A stretch of 64,000 nucleotides of DNA from the NCBI GenBank assembly GCA_965219095.1, contig CBDCMT010000001.1, positions 2,240,001 to 2,304,000 of the forward strand, read 5' to 3'. A program made the position numbers and the translations under genes. Below are positions 1 through 11,542 of this stretch, in pieces (position 1 is the stretch's first letter; every line of letters begins with the position of its first letter). The notes below the pieces were generated by a model, which searched no databases, had not been told where the DNA came from, and was given only the letters and a program-made list of their open reading frames with translations. Source of the stretch: Bdellovibrionales bacterium. GTDB taxonomy: Bacteria; Bdellovibrionota; Bdellovibrionia; Bdellovibrionales; UBA1609.

Positions 1-262
1 AGGACTTATTTTAAAAGACCGGTCAGTAAAAGGCATTTTGGTTTGTATTTTTGGAGGGATTATGAAATGTGATGTGGTGGCAAAAGCTACAGTTAGTTTT
101 TCACAAACTCAAAATCTCTCTGTTCCTTTAGTTGTAAGGTTTAATGGAACCCATTGGAGGGAAGGAAAAGAGATTTTAGAAAAAAGTCATTTAAATTATC
201 AGTTTGCAGAGAGTTTAAAAGAAGCCAGTGAAAAAATCATTGAGCTTATACAGGAAAAATAA
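1..262 (+). CDS. sucC: Succinyl-CoA synthetase beta subunit, 3' end (runs off window)
   Basis: Frame open from base 2: [27 protein letters not shown]...[10 protein letters not shown]; directly upstream of sucD. Confidence 0.93.
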   Translation, partial: GLILKDRSVKGILVCIFGGIMKCDVVAKATVSFSQTQNLSVPLVVRFNGTHWREGKEILEKSHLNYQFAESLKEASEKIIELIQEK

Positions 263-263
263 A

Positions 264-1136
264 ATGTCTATATTAGTTGATAAGAATACAAAAGTTATAT
301 GCCAAGGTATGACAGGAAAACATGGAAGTTTTCATACTCAGAAGGCTTTAGAGTATGGAACACAAATGCTTGCAGGAGTCACTCCTTCAAAAGGAGGAAC
401 AACTCATTTAGGACTTCCTGTTTTTAACACTGTAAAAGAAGCAAAAGAGAGTACAAAAGCTACTGTGTCTGTCATTTATGTTCCACCTCTTTTTGCTACA
501 AAAGCTATTCTAGAAGCTGTGGAGGCAGAGCTTGAACTTCTGATCTGTATTACAGAGGGAATTCCTATTTTAGATATGGTCAAAGTAAAAGATGTTTTAA
601 GACAAAATCCTCAAACAAGATTGATAGGCCCTAATTGTCCAGGAGTGATCACTCCTGAGGCATGTAAAATTGGTATTATGCCAGGTTCTATTCATAAAAA
701 AGGTGAAATAGGAGTTCTTTCTCGTTCAGGGACTTTAACTTATGAAGCTGTAGGTCAACTCACAGCCTTGGGATTAGGGCAAAGCACTTGCGTAGGGATT
801 GGAGGAGATCCTGTCAATGGGACTAATTTCATAGATATTTTAGATATGTTTGAAAAAGATGAGGAGACTAAGGCTATGGTTATGATAGGTGAAATTGGTG
901 GCACAGCAGAAGAAGAAGCAGCAGAATTTATCACAAATTGTGTTACAAAGCCTATAACATGTTTTGTGGCAGGTGTTACAGCTCCTCCGGGAAAAAGAAT
1001 GGGACATGCAGGAGCTATTGTTAGTGGGCATTCTGGAGGAGCTCTTTCTAAGTTAAAAGCTTTAGAAAAGGCAGGTTGTTTTATTTCTAAAAGTCCTGCA
1101 ACTATTGGTGAAACTTTAAAACAACAAATCACATAG
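264..1136 (+). CDS. sucD: Succinyl-CoA synthetase alpha subunit
   Basis: [18 protein letters not shown] start, GPNCPG and phospho-His motif RMGHAGA; ATG at 264 preferred to the track start at 228. Confidence 0.97.
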   Translation: MSILVDKNTKVICQGMTGKHGSFHTQKALEYGTQMLAGVTPSKGGTTHLGLPVFNTVKEAKESTKATVSVIYVPPLFATKAILEAVEAELELLICITEGIPILDMVKVKDVLRQNPQTRLIGPNCPGVITPEACKIGIMPGSIHKKGEIGVLSRSGTLTYEAVGQLTALGLGQSTCVGIGGDPVNGTNFIDILDMFEKDEETKAMVMIGEIGGTAEEEAAEFITNCVTKPITCFVAGVTAPPGKRMGHAGAIVSGHSGGALSKLKALEKAGCFISKSPATIGETLKQQIT

Positions 1137-1148
1137 AAAGGAGCGAAG

Positions 1149-1571
1149 ATGAACCAAGAAATAACATGTTCTATTATAAAACCAAATGCTATTAAAAAAA
1201 ATAAAATAGGCGAGATCATTTCAGATTTTGAAAAAAAGGGTCTTACTGTAGTAGCAGCTAAGCTTGTGAGACTCACGAAAACTCAATGCGAAGAGTTTTA
1301 TAAAGAACATTTTGATAAGCCCTTTTTCTCAGAACTTGTCTCTTTTATGAGTTCAGGACCAGTTTTACTTATAGCACTGTCAGGAGAGAACGCTGTTATG
1401 AAAAATCGGGAAATTATGGGAGCTACTGATCCTGCAGAAGCCTCTCCAGAAAGTTTAAGGGCACGTTTTGGAGATAGTGTCGGAGAAAATGCTGTTCATG
1501 GAAGTGACAGTTTAGAGAGTGCACAAAGAGAACTTTCCTTCTTTTTTAAAACTCAAGAGTACGTGAATTGA
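1149..1571 (+). CDS. ndk: Nucleoside diphosphate kinase
   Basis: IIKPNA, GATDP, NAVHGSDS active-site motif; AAAGGAG RBS. Confidence 0.97.
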   Translation: MNQEITCSIIKPNAIKKNKIGEIISDFEKKGLTVVAAKLVRLTKTQCEEFYKEHFDKPFFSELVSFMSSGPVLLIALSGENAVMKNREIMGATDPAEASPESLRARFGDSVGENAVHGSDSLESAQRELSFFFKTQEYVN

Positions 1572-1637
1572 AAAAATCGAAAATCCTGTTGCTTTAAGCT
1601 GTGATAGTTGCGACTTATCTCTACCAATCTTTCCAGC

Positions 1638-1672
1638 AAGACTTTTTTCAAGGCGAAAAAAGTCTTTTTTTT
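1638..1672 (+). terminator. Intrinsic terminator after sucCD-ndk
   Basis: 12-bp stem AAGACTTTTTTC/GAAAAAAGTCTT, 5-nt loop, followed by a T run. Confidence 0.7.
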
Positions 1673-1824
1673 CAGTAACTTAACTCTTCCTGATAGATTT
1701 CTTTAGAGACTTTTTTACGATGTGTTCGTGATTTTTTGAGAGACAAAATCAGTAAAAGTTTTCTTTTTTTCTCAGAACAAAATAAACAAAGGTTGTTCGT
1801 GATTTATTCTTGATTGCACAGCCT

Positions 1825-2043
1825 TTATTTGATTTTGAGAAAATCTGCTACCTTTTCACCAGTATTACTTTCTAGCAAAGCCACAGTTTTTGCATATTTT
1901 TGAGTTACTTGTTGATCTGTATGGCCAAGACTGGCTTGTACAGCTGATAAGTCTCTTGTCACAATGAGGGCTTGAGTTGCAAAGCTATGTCTTAAAATAT
2001 GCGTTGAACGCCAAGGAAGTTTTAGTGACTGAAAAGCCCTATT
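1825..2043 (-). pseudogene. Tyrosine recombinase/integrase, C-terminal remnant truncated by an ISL3 end
   Basis: THILRHSFAT...VQASLGH...TQKY (HxxR, LGH, catalytic Y); upstream part replaced at 2044 by an ISL3 left end. Confidence 0.85.
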
Positions 2044-2143
2044 GGCTCCTCCCGGGAATCTGTGGGTGAAAAGTAGTAGAAATCCCCCAAAAGAGCTCAT
2101 ATTAATCAAAAGCAATACATGAGATGAGGCCCTTGAAACTTTT
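2044..2143 (+). mobile_element. Solo ISL3 left-end fragment
   Basis: GGCTCCTCCCGGGAATCTGTGGGTGAAAAGTAG matches the start of the ISL3 copies at 31492 and 52452. Confidence 0.85.
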
Positions 2144-2426
2144 GCCTCCTCAAAAGAATCTGTGGGTTCCCGGAGGTTCTGGCAGTTTTCCAAGGTTATG
2201 ATATAAGGCGATTTTTATAGCTTTAGAGGTTCTAAAGCCGTAAGATTTTCTCATAGTGAGTTTTACTTTGTTGTTTAAACCCTCTACAATCCCTGAGGAG
2301 AAGGCTTTTTTAGCCTTGAAGTAATTAAGAATAAGTAGCTTATGTCTTCGTATGGTTTTTGCTTCTCTTTTCATAGGTTCAATTTTTGAAAGCATGACTC
2401 GTCTCGTCCAACTGTCTATAAATTTA

Positions 2427-5400
2427 CCTGAGTTCGTGCTCAAAAATGTACACTACAGACGGACGTTTTTTTGACAAGACTTTTTCCAATAGATCTTAGT
2501 ATTTTTTCTTGAACTTTATTCAAAGCTACTGTTTTGATAAGTCTAGTTTTATTTTTCGGTCATAAAGATAGACATTATACATGCTACCGAGTTCTTCAAG
2601 AGCTTCCTCTGGAGACATCTGCATCTTTTCAAGCTTCATTTTTAGAATTGAAAGTATCAGACAAGATAAATAGCATATAAAGACATGTGATTGAACTCTG
2701 TTGTAAAGCCAATGACGAATTGGTCTCAAATTTGTTATTCCCTTTAAGGTCCTAAAAGATTTTTCAATTATCTCTTTCTTATAGTACAAATTAACAATAT
2801 CTTTTGTAGAAAATATACAAGAGTAACCATCAAACTCAGATTCTAAATTCAACCGATCTCTCCTTAATCTTCCTGTTGGAGTAAGGTATTTTTCCAAACC
2901 TGGTTTTATATTTTTAGACAAAAGAATTTGTGCGTTTGCAATTTCGTCCAAACGAGATTCTCTTATATCTAAAGCTCTCCTTTGATTGTAACAAACAACT
3001 AAACGTCCTTTGATTTTTCCAACATTGTGATTAATGCTCTGAGCATACAAGGTACCACTTGATAACCTGATGCGATGGGATACATCAACAATAGAGTCTA
3101 GCCTTATCATTTTTCTAATCACATCCTTCTCTTTTTTTCTGAGAGCAATCCCACAAAGCGTATTCCAGCCCAAATCGTAACTGCTCACCTACATTGTTCA
3201 GTTATCCCTAACTTTAGACCTGTTTTAAGATAAAAGTCTTGCTCTTACAGATTTTCTTTTAAATACTTTTTTCAAATGACAATAAATAAGACCTCCATCA
3301 GAAATGAGATTAAAAATATAAGAAGTGACTTTGATAAGTTTGCAAAGAAAGGTTCTGTGCCTACTGAGATTTCTGTGATTGTTGAATCTCTCTTTAAGGT
3401 TGTGAACATTCTGATTGTTGTGCTTTTAGAAAAACAGGTTCGAAAAAATTCCAGCAACAGCGGTCTTCCTCCTTCGCAAGATTTTAGTCGTCAAGGGAAT
3501 CGTAATAAGAAAGCTAGTGGGAGTCAAAAAAAGGGCTCTAGACTTGATAACAGTAAAGATACAAACAGTGAGGAGACTGTCTTTCCCTCAGAGTGTTCTC
3601 AGTGTGGGATGTGTTTAAAGACAGCAGAGGTAAAAAGCCTTGAAAAGCGTAAAAAGATTGATATTTTTTATGAAATTCAAACCCATACTGTAACTTCTGA
3701 AGTTAAGGATTGTCCCTCATGTGGAGCTAGAAATAAAGGTCAATTCCCTAAAGGTATGAGTGGTCCTCTTCAGTATGGTATAGGCATTAGAGCTTCCATC
3801 ATCAATTTCATTATAGTTCAGATGCTGTCTTTTAGAGCGTGTTGGGGAACATTACATGGGGCTTATAGGTCGAATGATTTCTCCTGCAGTTATGTTGAGA
3901 TACATTGCTGAATTAGGAGAGTTTCTTAAAAGTTGGGAAGAGCAGATGAAAGAAAAGATACTTGAATCAGAGGTCATTCATGTTGATGAGACCTCTATGA
4001 GGGTTAAGGGTAAAAACTACTGGATTCATACTTATAGTTCAGGAGAATTAGTCTTGCAGTTTCTCCACCTTTCACGTGGAAAGGAAGCCATAAAAGATAT
4101 TGGTCTCTTGGATAGATATGCAGGAGTGCTTGTGCATGATTGTTGGAGTCCTTACTTTTGTTATGATAAGATAACTCATGCTTTGTGTGTGGCTCACCTT
4201 TTGAGAGAGCTTAAATTTATAGAAGAAAGCAATGGATTCAAATGGGCTACAAATCTCAAAAAACTTCTTAAAGAGACTGTGGAGTTAGTTCATAAAAAAG
4301 AGTCAAGAGTTCTGACTCAAAAAGAGTACGAAACTCTTCAGAGAAGGTATAGGAGTATTCTTACAAAAGGCTTAAAAGAGCTTCCAGAATTTCCTAAGAA
4401 AAATGGCAAGAAAGGACGAATAAAGCATACACAAGCTCAAAACCTTTGGCTGCGATTTAAAAAGTATGAAGCAGAAATACTGTACTTTGCTAAAAGAAAG
4501 AACGTAGATCCTACTAATAACAGAGCTGAAAGAGATCTAAGAATGACTAAAGTGAAAAAGAAAGTGTCAGGGTGTTTCAGAACAGAAGAAATGGCGAAAT
4601 ATTTTTGTCGCATTACCAGCTATGTTAAAACAATGAGAAATAAAGGGTATTCTTCTTTAGAAGCCATCTCTATGGCTTTAAATAAAAACTTACGAGAGTG
4701 AGCAGTTACCCCAAATCATTGATTTCATTGAGGTTTCTCTCTGAAAAAATGCCTCTGTCGTAAACAAACATTCCTCCACTTAGTCCATAGTTTGCAAATC
4801 CATCGGATAAACTTAGTAGAGTCCTGCTATCGTGTATGTTTCCACTAAAAGTTTTATGAAACACTGGTATTCCTTCTTTTTGAGTTGTCACCAAACCAAT
4901 TTGAATCAAAGGATTTCCACGTTTCCCATCCTTACTCTTTCCTAATTTTCCAAGCTGACATTTGCTACCATAAAGGTATGTATTGGTAACATCGTACACC
5001 AACCCTTTTAGCTCAAGATTGTACCTTTTCTGAACACCTTGAAATATTTTCTTCTGTAAATTTTCTGGATCACTCTCTAAAGAATCTAGAGCAGAAAGCA
5101 AACGACTTTCGGTTAGATCCTCTAAATTTAGCAAAGTGTTTAAATCTGTTCTCTCATACCATTTTGGCATTTTTCTAAGGCTTTTGTAATCTAAACAGTG
5201 AGCATAGACCATGCTTAATATTTCATTGGAGTATTGGCCAAGAGATTTTTGCAAATCTATTTCCCTAGCTATTTTATCTAAAACAAGCAAAGGACCATAA
5301 ACCTTGACCTTTTCTATTTCAAGATCAGATGAACTCATTGAAATTACAGTTTCACCATTCTCTTCCTTCCCGATGTACCGAATATGCTTTTGGATAACTT

Positions 5401-5644
5401 TTCCATCGACCCTTTTGTTCTCTACTTCTGCAAGATATGTTACCTTTCCTCTTTTTATTCTTCTGATAAAGCTCATATTTCTCCCTCTTGTAGTGTAATA
5501 TATTACACTACAAAGGAAAATGCAAGGCAAGTTATTTTTTGTGATTTTATCTAAAAATCGAAAATTCCCCTATGAAAACTGAGATTTTTATGGAAAATGG
5601 GAAATTATAGCTTTGTAGTGTACATTTTTGGTCACGAATTTAGG
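2427..5644 (-). mobile_element. IS1634-family element type A (copy 1); transposase 5476->2436 interrupted by IS66
   Basis: IRs CCTGAGTTCGTGCTCAAAAATGTACACTACA / TGTAGTGTACATTTTTGGTCACGAATTTAGG; 7-bp TSD AAATTTA; near-identical to 28803-30495. Confidence 0.9.
3177..4709 (+). mobile_element. IS66-family element type A (single-gene, ISBst12-like layout); transposase frameshifted (3276-3911 + 3856-4701)
   Basis: IRs GTAACTGCTCAC/GTGAGCAGTTAC; 8-bp TSD CCCAAATC; KNSSNSGLPPS, HVDET, HDCW, TNNRAERDLR motifs. Confidence 0.93.
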
Positions 5645-6888
5645 AAATTTACCAGCCCAAGTTGGTGAAACATAGGTCCATAACTGTCGGAAGTCTTCTT
5701 TTAAAAAATAACAGCGGATACTTTTTAAATTGTACTGTATTAAATGCCTTAATTTTACTTTTTCATAAGATTTTAAATTTTCTGCATTTTTTAACAAGGG
5801 CCATCTAGCTTTTGTTAAAAGGGGTTCATACCCGTCTTCTTTCATTTTTTTGTGTTCTGAAGCTCTCACTTCGTCTAAAGCCTTATTGAGTCTTGCTACG
5901 ATATGAAACCGATCTAATATGTGTAAAGCTCCACTTGCCCTCTCCTTTATGACTTTTAAATAAGGCTTCCACATATCAGAGCACACAAACCATATCTCTT
6001 TTGACTTCTCTCCTAGTAAATCAAAGAATTTTCTAAAACTCTTTTCTGTTCTTTTTTCTCCTATCCACAACAAGCGTACACGGGTTTTGCTTATTTCATA
6101 GACTAAGGTGAGATACTGATGGTTCTTTTTCCATTGTATTTCATCTACACCTATAGCTTGTATTCCCTTTAAAACCCTTTGTTTTAAACCATATTCTACG
6201 ACCCATTCTACCGAAGCATAGACCTGATTCCAACTGACATGAAACTTACAAGAAACCTCTTTCCAAGACAGGTGACGACACCAGTCAGCTAAGTACTTCA
6301 TGTAAAAAATTGTTAGGTTTTTCTTCCCATCTGCCCAAGGTAAATACTCAACTTTTACTCCACAGCAAGAACAATTAACTCTTCTTACAAAATAAACAAA
6401 AAACACCCTGTAACTTAAAATAGGAAGGGATTCAAAGTCCCGTGATGATTTACTGCTGTCATACACTGAACAGGGCTTCTTACAAACACTACAAAAAGCT
6501 TGGCCATTTTTACGAGCCTTAATAGGAACATTAATTGACTTTCTATCTTTTGAAAAATAAATGTCTCCGTATACAAAAGACTTCCATCTTAAACAATCAT
6601 TTAGTATAGTCTTCAAAAGCATCTCTTCCCTCCTTTTTTTTTTTTTGAATAACATTTTAAGGCATCTGGGAAGTAGGTGCTTCTTTTTTAAAATTTTAAT
6701 GTAACACAGCAAATAAAAGCAAATAAAATGAATGTTTTTGAGTTCAATCACCGGAGGTGATAGAGGCCAGTAAGGGCCTCAAAGAACTCAAAAATACAAG
6801 ATAGGATGTCTTACTCTTGCTTTGATTAATATGAGCCTTTTTGGGGGATTTCTAGCTACTTTTCACCCACAGATTCCCGGGAGGAGCC

Positions 6889-7613
6889 GGAATTTTAAAG
6901 CCTTTTATCAGTTTGCAGAAGTCTATCTTAAACCTTATTTTCCTAAAATGTTGTCTTACTCCCGATTTGTGAACATCAAAAAAGACATGGCTTTTTTGAT
7001 GTTTCTTTTCTCGACAAGCCTTATGAGTAAAACCACCGGCATATCATTTATTGATTCCACATCGATTTTTCTTCAAAAATAAAAGAATAGGACGAAATAA
7101 AGTGTTCTAAAAGTTAGCTAAAAAGAGGCAAAAGTAGTATGGGCTGGTTCTTCGGATTTAAACTCCATATTGTTATCAATCACCTCGGAGAACTTTTAAG
7201 TTTTACCTTAACTCAGGGAAATGTAGATGATCGAAAGCCTGTTATAGGTTTGTGTAAAGGGCTGGTGGGGAAACTCTTTGGAGACAAAGGTTATATTTCA
7301 TCAGACCTTTTCAAAAAGCTTTTAAAAAAGGGAGTTAAGCTTATTACAAACGTCAAATTAAATATGAAGAATAAATTGATTCCCTTATTTGACAAGTTGA
7401 TGTTGAAAAAACGTTCTGTTGTGGAAACAGTGATTGGAGTGTTAAAAGGAGAGTTTCATCTTGAGCATTCTCGCCATCGTAGCCCACAAAACTTTGTCAT
7501 CAATCTTTTAGGTACTCTCATCTCTTACTTGCTTAAAACCTAAAAAACCCTCCATTCAACTTAAAACTCAAAACAGGAGCTTCTGAACAATATATAAAAG
7601 TTGAAACTCGGGT
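6889..7613 (+). mobile_element. IS982-family element, 5'-truncated pseudogene
   Basis: IDST, GWFFGFKLH, GDKGY, EHSRHRS motifs; right IR ...GAAACTCGGGT; 5' part removed at the ISL3 end. Confidence 0.9.
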
Positions 7614-8178
7614 TATTAATGAACTCAAATTGTTCATTTCTATCTGCATGAGCTTTTTTTTCCTTCCAAAACCTTTCTATTGGCCTGCAAGCTGTAATCC
7701 AGTTCGTGTAAAATGCTTGCAACAGTGGGAGGGCTTATATTATAACCTTGTGAATTTAAGGCCTCACTAAGATTTCTTACACTTTTACTGGTCCACTTTA
7801 GCGGACTCTCAGGATCCCCTCTTGTGCTAGACTCCATTAAACTTTCAAGAACGGAAACTAACTCTGGATACTCTGCAGTCTTCTTCTTCCTTCCCCTGCC
7901 TTTTGAACGAATCTTTGAATCTTTAACTCCTTTAGAAAGCTCTTCTAAATCCTCTGTAAATAGTCTGACGACATAAACCTGTAAACTTTGATACCTTGCT
8001 TATGCCACCACGACCATAGGCTTTCGATTCTGCCGCAGCTAAAATCCTCCTTGCTTTTCGTTTAATAAATGAAAAGTCGTTGTGAGCTTTAATCTTAATT
8101 GACGATCTTTCTCTGATAGCACATGTAAATCTTACGACATAAAATCTGAAATGTCTAAGTTATTTTTTAACAATGCCT
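7614..8178 (-). pseudogene. ISAzo13-family transposase, fragmented 5' remnant
   Basis: TRGDPESPLKWTSKS...LDYSLQANRK signature; frameshifted; 3' part removed at the IS982 end. Confidence 0.85.
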
Positions 8179-8192
8179 TACGCTGATAAAAT

Positions 8193-9002
8193 TCATTCTA
8201 AAGAGTTTAAAGATATTTCCTTTTCTCTTAAAAGAGCTTTTTCAAATGAAATCCTCAAAGCTATCTCTAAATCGGCTTCTCTCATAGACTTTAAACCTGC
8301 TTCTGTAATCCCCTTTTTAGATGTGACTTGTTTTTGGAGTTCTAAAAAAGTTTTCTTATCACCTTGGCATAGCTCAGAAGCTCCTAAGAAAGTGTGCTTT
8401 ACCATAGCTTCAGCTTTTTTTGCTTCAAAACCATTTTCTTCCAACCATTCCTTCCAATACTGCATAATTTCATAAATAAAACCTATTCCGCTACTACAAG
8501 CTACAGTAAAAGAAGGAGCTTCGTCTTCAGTGATAAAAATTACAGAACCTAAAGGACTGAATAGGTCTTTTGATATTTTTTCCAAAACAAAATTTTCTTG
8601 AGGAAGTTGAATACCTACAATTCCTTTTAAAACAGATGTTGCTGTATTAGGTATAACTTTTATAATGTTTTTTGCTCCCGGTATAACTGTTTTGATTTTT
8701 TTAATTTTAAGTCCTGCCATTAAACTAAATACAATATGTTCTGAATGAAAACTGGAGGAAAGGGGTTCTATGTTTTTGAAAAAATCATAAGGCTTAATAG
8801 CTATGATAATGATTTCACAAACATCTAAGAGTTCTTCATTATGTTTTAAGGCTGTAACTTTGTACTTTTCAGAAAGCCTTTGAGATTTTTCAAAAATTTG
8901 ATCCGAAGTGAATATATTGTAAGATTTCAGAAAGGTTACAAAGCCTTTGATCAAATTCTCGGCCATATAGCCTGAGCCTATAAGGCCTATTTTCTTATTC
9001 AT
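8193..9002 (-). CDS. proC: Pyrroline-5-carboxylate reductase
   Basis: IGLIGSGYMA Rossmann motif, AIKP, PNT, VTSKKGIT; follows yggS. Confidence 0.92.
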   Translation of the reverse strand: MNKKIGLIGSGYMAENLIKGFVTFLKSYNIFTSDQIFEKSQRLSEKYKVTALKHNEELLDVCEIIIIAIKPYDFFKNIEPLSSSFHSEHIVFSLMAGLKIKKIKTVIPGAKNIIKVIPNTATSVLKGIVGIQLPQENFVLEKISKDLFSPLGSVIFITEDEAPSFTVACSSGIGFIYEIMQYWKEWLEENGFEAKKAEAMVKHTFLGASELCQGDKKTFLELQKQVTSKKGITEAGLKSMREADLEIALRISFEKALLREKEISLNSLE

Positions 9003-9005
9003 ATC

Positions 9006-9683
9006 TTAATTCCTTTCTCCTAAAAGAGATGTCCCTAGACGTATTATAGTCGCTCCTTCTTCAATAGCAACTTTATAGTCTTGGCTTGTTCCCATAGAAA
9101 GGGTTGAGAGAGTATGAGGAGAACTCAGAGAGGAACTGTATCGCTCTGCCGTTTCTCTGAGTTTCGCAAAATAGGGTCTTGAATCTCCCTTTAAAGGAGG
9201 CATGGTCATTAATCCTTTTAAAACAAGATTTTTCTTTTTTTGAATCAAATCTAAAAAACTTTCCAGTTCTGATAAGAAAATCCCTCCCTTTGTAGACTCT
9301 TTACTTAAGTTAAGTTGGAGCAAAAAGGGGCAAGGTGTATGAGATTCTTGAGCTATGAGTTTAACAATCTTTTTTGTGTCAACGGAATGAATGAGGCATA
9401 CTTTTTTTAAAATTTTTTTTAATTTATTAGTCTGAATCTTACCTATAAAATGCCATACTATAGAGGAATGGTGGAAGTTTTTTTGTTTTTCCTCAAGTTC
9501 TTTAAGATAATTTTCTCCAAAAATTCTTAAGCCTAATTTGTAAGCTTCTTGTAGTTTTTCTATGGATTGACCTTTTGAAGCTACAAGAAGTTTTACGGAA
9601 TGAGAAGACTTTTGGCTTTTTTTTAGAGCCTCTTTGATGTTAAGCTTTATAAGATCAAGTTTTTTTTCTAATATGCCATCCAT
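9006..9683 (-). CDS. yggS: PLP homeostasis protein YggS/PROSC
   Basis: VASK, FGENY, WHFIGKIQTNK, GLMTMPP, LSMGTSQDY, IRLGT. Confidence 0.95.
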   Translation of the reverse strand: MDGILEKKLDLIKLNIKEALKKSQKSSHSVKLLVASKGQSIEKLQEAYKLGLRIFGENYLKELEEKQKNFHHSSIVWHFIGKIQTNKLKKILKKVCLIHSVDTKKIVKLIAQESHTPCPFLLQLNLSKESTKGGIFLSELESFLDLIQKKKNLVLKGLMTMPPLKGDSRPYFAKLRETAERYSSSLSSPHTLSTLSMGTSQDYKVAIEEGATIIRLGTSLLGERN

Positions 9684-10254
9684 TGTCCTTTACCATTTTT
9701 TGAAAGAGTTCTAAAGGAAGGCCTCTTACGTTGCTCAAAGAGCCTTCTTTTTTTGTTATAAAATGGCGGGCAGGCCCTAGAATGCTATAGCCACCAGCCT
9801 TTTTTTCATAATCTTTAGTCTTTATAAAATTGTCTATTTCTTTTTGAGTTAAAGTTTTAAATGTAATAAAAGTTGTATCAATACTACTGATAAAACTGTT
9901 TTTAGCTCCATCATAAAAACAGAGAGCCGTTTTTACAGAATGAACAGAGCCTGAGAGTGTTTTCATATGGGAAAAGGCTTCTTTTTGATCCTGAGGCTTG
10001 CCTAAAGTCTTGTTCTTTATACAAACTAAGGTATCGGCTGAAAGAAGAAGGAGCTTTTTTGGTTCTTTTAGGACTTTTGTTTTTAAAAAAGCCTCAGACT
10101 TTTGTCTTGCTATCCTTTGAATTGCTTCATCTAAATTTATGTTTTTATTTAATTTTTCCGATATAGAAACTGAAGATGTACGAAAAATAAAACCGTTTTC
10201 AGAGAGGATTTTACGTCTTTCTGGAGATTGGGAGACGAGGATAAAATTAAGCAT
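9655..10254 (-). CDS. maf: Maf-family nucleoside triphosphate pyrophosphatase
   Basis: SQSPERR, SADT, LGKP, KAGGY, NVRGLP. Confidence 0.93.
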   Translation of the reverse strand: MLNFILVSQSPERRKILSENGFIFRTSSVSISEKLNKNINLDEAIQRIARQKSEAFLKTKVLKEPKKLLLLSADTLVCIKNKTLGKPQDQKEAFSHMKTLSGSVHSVKTALCFYDGAKNSFISSIDTTFITFKTLTQKEIDNFIKTKDYEKKAGGYSILGPARHFITKKEGSLSNVRGLPLELFQKMVKDNGWHIRKKT

Positions 10255-10284
10255 ATGGAAGTATTAGAACAAAAAGGGTGAAAA

Positions 10285-11196
10285 ATGTTAAGTTATGAAT
10301 TATTTCTTCTTGTTTCAGGCTTGTTTTTAGCAGGCCTAAGCGTTTATTTAATAGCAAATTTGTTTTTAAGCACTGTTAACGCATCACAAAATCAAGTTCT
10401 ATGGTCCGATTCAGAAGAATCCCAAAGGTTTAACTCCCCTCTTATGAGGTTTTTACTCACTTTAGCACGTCAGCTAACTATAAAATATGCTCCTCGGTTG
10501 TTAAATGAAAAAAGAAGAAAGGTTATAGAAAAAAAAATTTTAACAGCAGGCTTTTCAAAAATTTTAAATGTCAATGAATTTGTAGCCTTACAGATTTTAA
10601 TAGGTGTTCTTTTCCCCATAGTTTTTTTTCTTATGAATTTTGCTTTACGGATGGGATGGCCTTGGTTTTTATTTTTAGTGATCGGTTTTTTAGGTTATAA
10701 GCTTCCCTACATTTATTGTCGTATGGAAAAACAAAAACGAGATAATTCTGTTCTTATAGAATTTCCTTTTTTTGTTGATCTTCTTGCCCTATCTATTGAG
10801 GCAGGGCTTGAGTTTATAAATGCTCTTCAAAAAATTGTTATGAAAGTGAAAAAAGAATCCATTTTATCAAAGGAAATTAATATCGTTTTACAAGACATTA
10901 AAATAGGAAGTTCTAGGCAAGAAGCTTTAAGAGGTTTAGAAGCTCGTCTGGATTTACCTGAGGTTTCAAGTTTTGTGAATCTTGTTATTGATTCATCTCA
11001 AACAGGCGTAGGTATAGGAGAGGTTTTAAAACAACAATCCCATCAAATAAGAGCAGAAAGATTTATTAAAGCAGAAAAAAAAGGAGCGAAAGCCTCAGTT
11101 CATATTTTAATCCCTATGGCTTTATTTATCATTCCTGCGATTTTCATTGCTGTCATGGCCCCTGCTGTTTTAACTATGTTTTACGGAGGAGGTTAA
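10285..11196 (+). CDS. tadC: TadC-like type II secretion F-domain pilus platform protein
   Basis: FPFFVDLLALSIEAGLEFINAL, GSSRQEAL, QIRAERFIKAEKKGAKA; hydrophobic TM segments. Confidence 0.88.
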   Translation: MLSYELFLLVSGLFLAGLSVYLIANLFLSTVNASQNQVLWSDSEESQRFNSPLMRFLLTLARQLTIKYAPRLLNEKRRKVIEKKILTAGFSKILNVNEFVALQILIGVLFPIVFFLMNFALRMGWPWFLFLVIGFLGYKLPYIYCRMEKQKRDNSVLIEFPFFVDLLALSIEAGLEFINALQKIVMKVKKESILSKEINIVLQDIKIGSSRQEALRGLEARLDLPEVSSFVNLVIDSSQTGVGIGEVLKQQSHQIRAERFIKAEKKGAKASVHILIPMALFIIPAIFIAVMAPAVLTMFYGGG

Positions 11197-11200
11197 TCTA

Positions 11201-11542
11201 TTGAAATTATTGATCAATAAGTCGAAAGAATCTGTTTTAGCAAAAGAAGTTTTAAAACCTAAAAGCTTTTTTAAAAGGGTTAAAGGGCTTTTAGGTTGCT
11301 CTTGTTTTGATTCTTATAAAACTCTTTGGATTACAGACTGCTCTAGCATTCATACATTTTTTATGAAGTTTTCCATTGATGTTGTTTTTGTAGATAAGTT
11401 TTTAAAAGTGAAAAAAGTTTACCAGAGTGTTCCTCCTGGAAAAATTCTTTTTGGAGGGTTTCAAGCTCGATCTGTTTTTGAATTTTCAGAAGGAGGTGCA
11501 AAAAATGTTAATATAGGAGATCAATTGCATGTGGATTCTTAA
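11201..11542 (+). CDS. DUF192 family protein (Tad-associated)
   Basis: RVKGLLG...CSSIHTFFMKFSIDVVFVD signature; TTG start. Confidence 0.88.
   Translation: MKLLINKSKESVLAKEVLKPKSFFKRVKGLLGCSCFDSYKTLWITDCSSIHTFFMKFSIDVVFVDKFLKVKKVYQSVPPGKILFGGFQARSVFEFSEGGAKNVNIGDQLHVDS

Larger units (their letters stand above)
2144..6888 (-). mobile_element. ISL3-family element (copy 1); transposase 6622->2150 interrupted by IS1634-A
   Basis: Ends GCCTCCTCAAAAGAATCTGTGGG and CCCACAGATTCCCGGGAGGAGCC; GVDE, CSDMW, DRFHIV, EGLNNKVK motifs; flanks do not form a TSD. Confidence 0.93.

Noticed and set aside
755..1276. 173-aa minus-strand ORF, and similar antisense ORFs over atpG, atpD, proC, valS, the permeases and transposases
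   Set aside because: Shadow frames of well-supported genes on the opposite strand, with no motifs
1825..2193. 122-aa ORF as an intact integrase
   Set aside because: The N-terminal half is read through ISL3 end sequence; only 1825-2043 is integrase
5588..6751. 387-aa ORF as a complete transposase with an N-terminal extension
   Set aside because: The true start is most likely 6622, and the tail KFVTKNVHYKAIISHFP comes from the IS1634 IR (the same tail appears on ORF 30439-30786)
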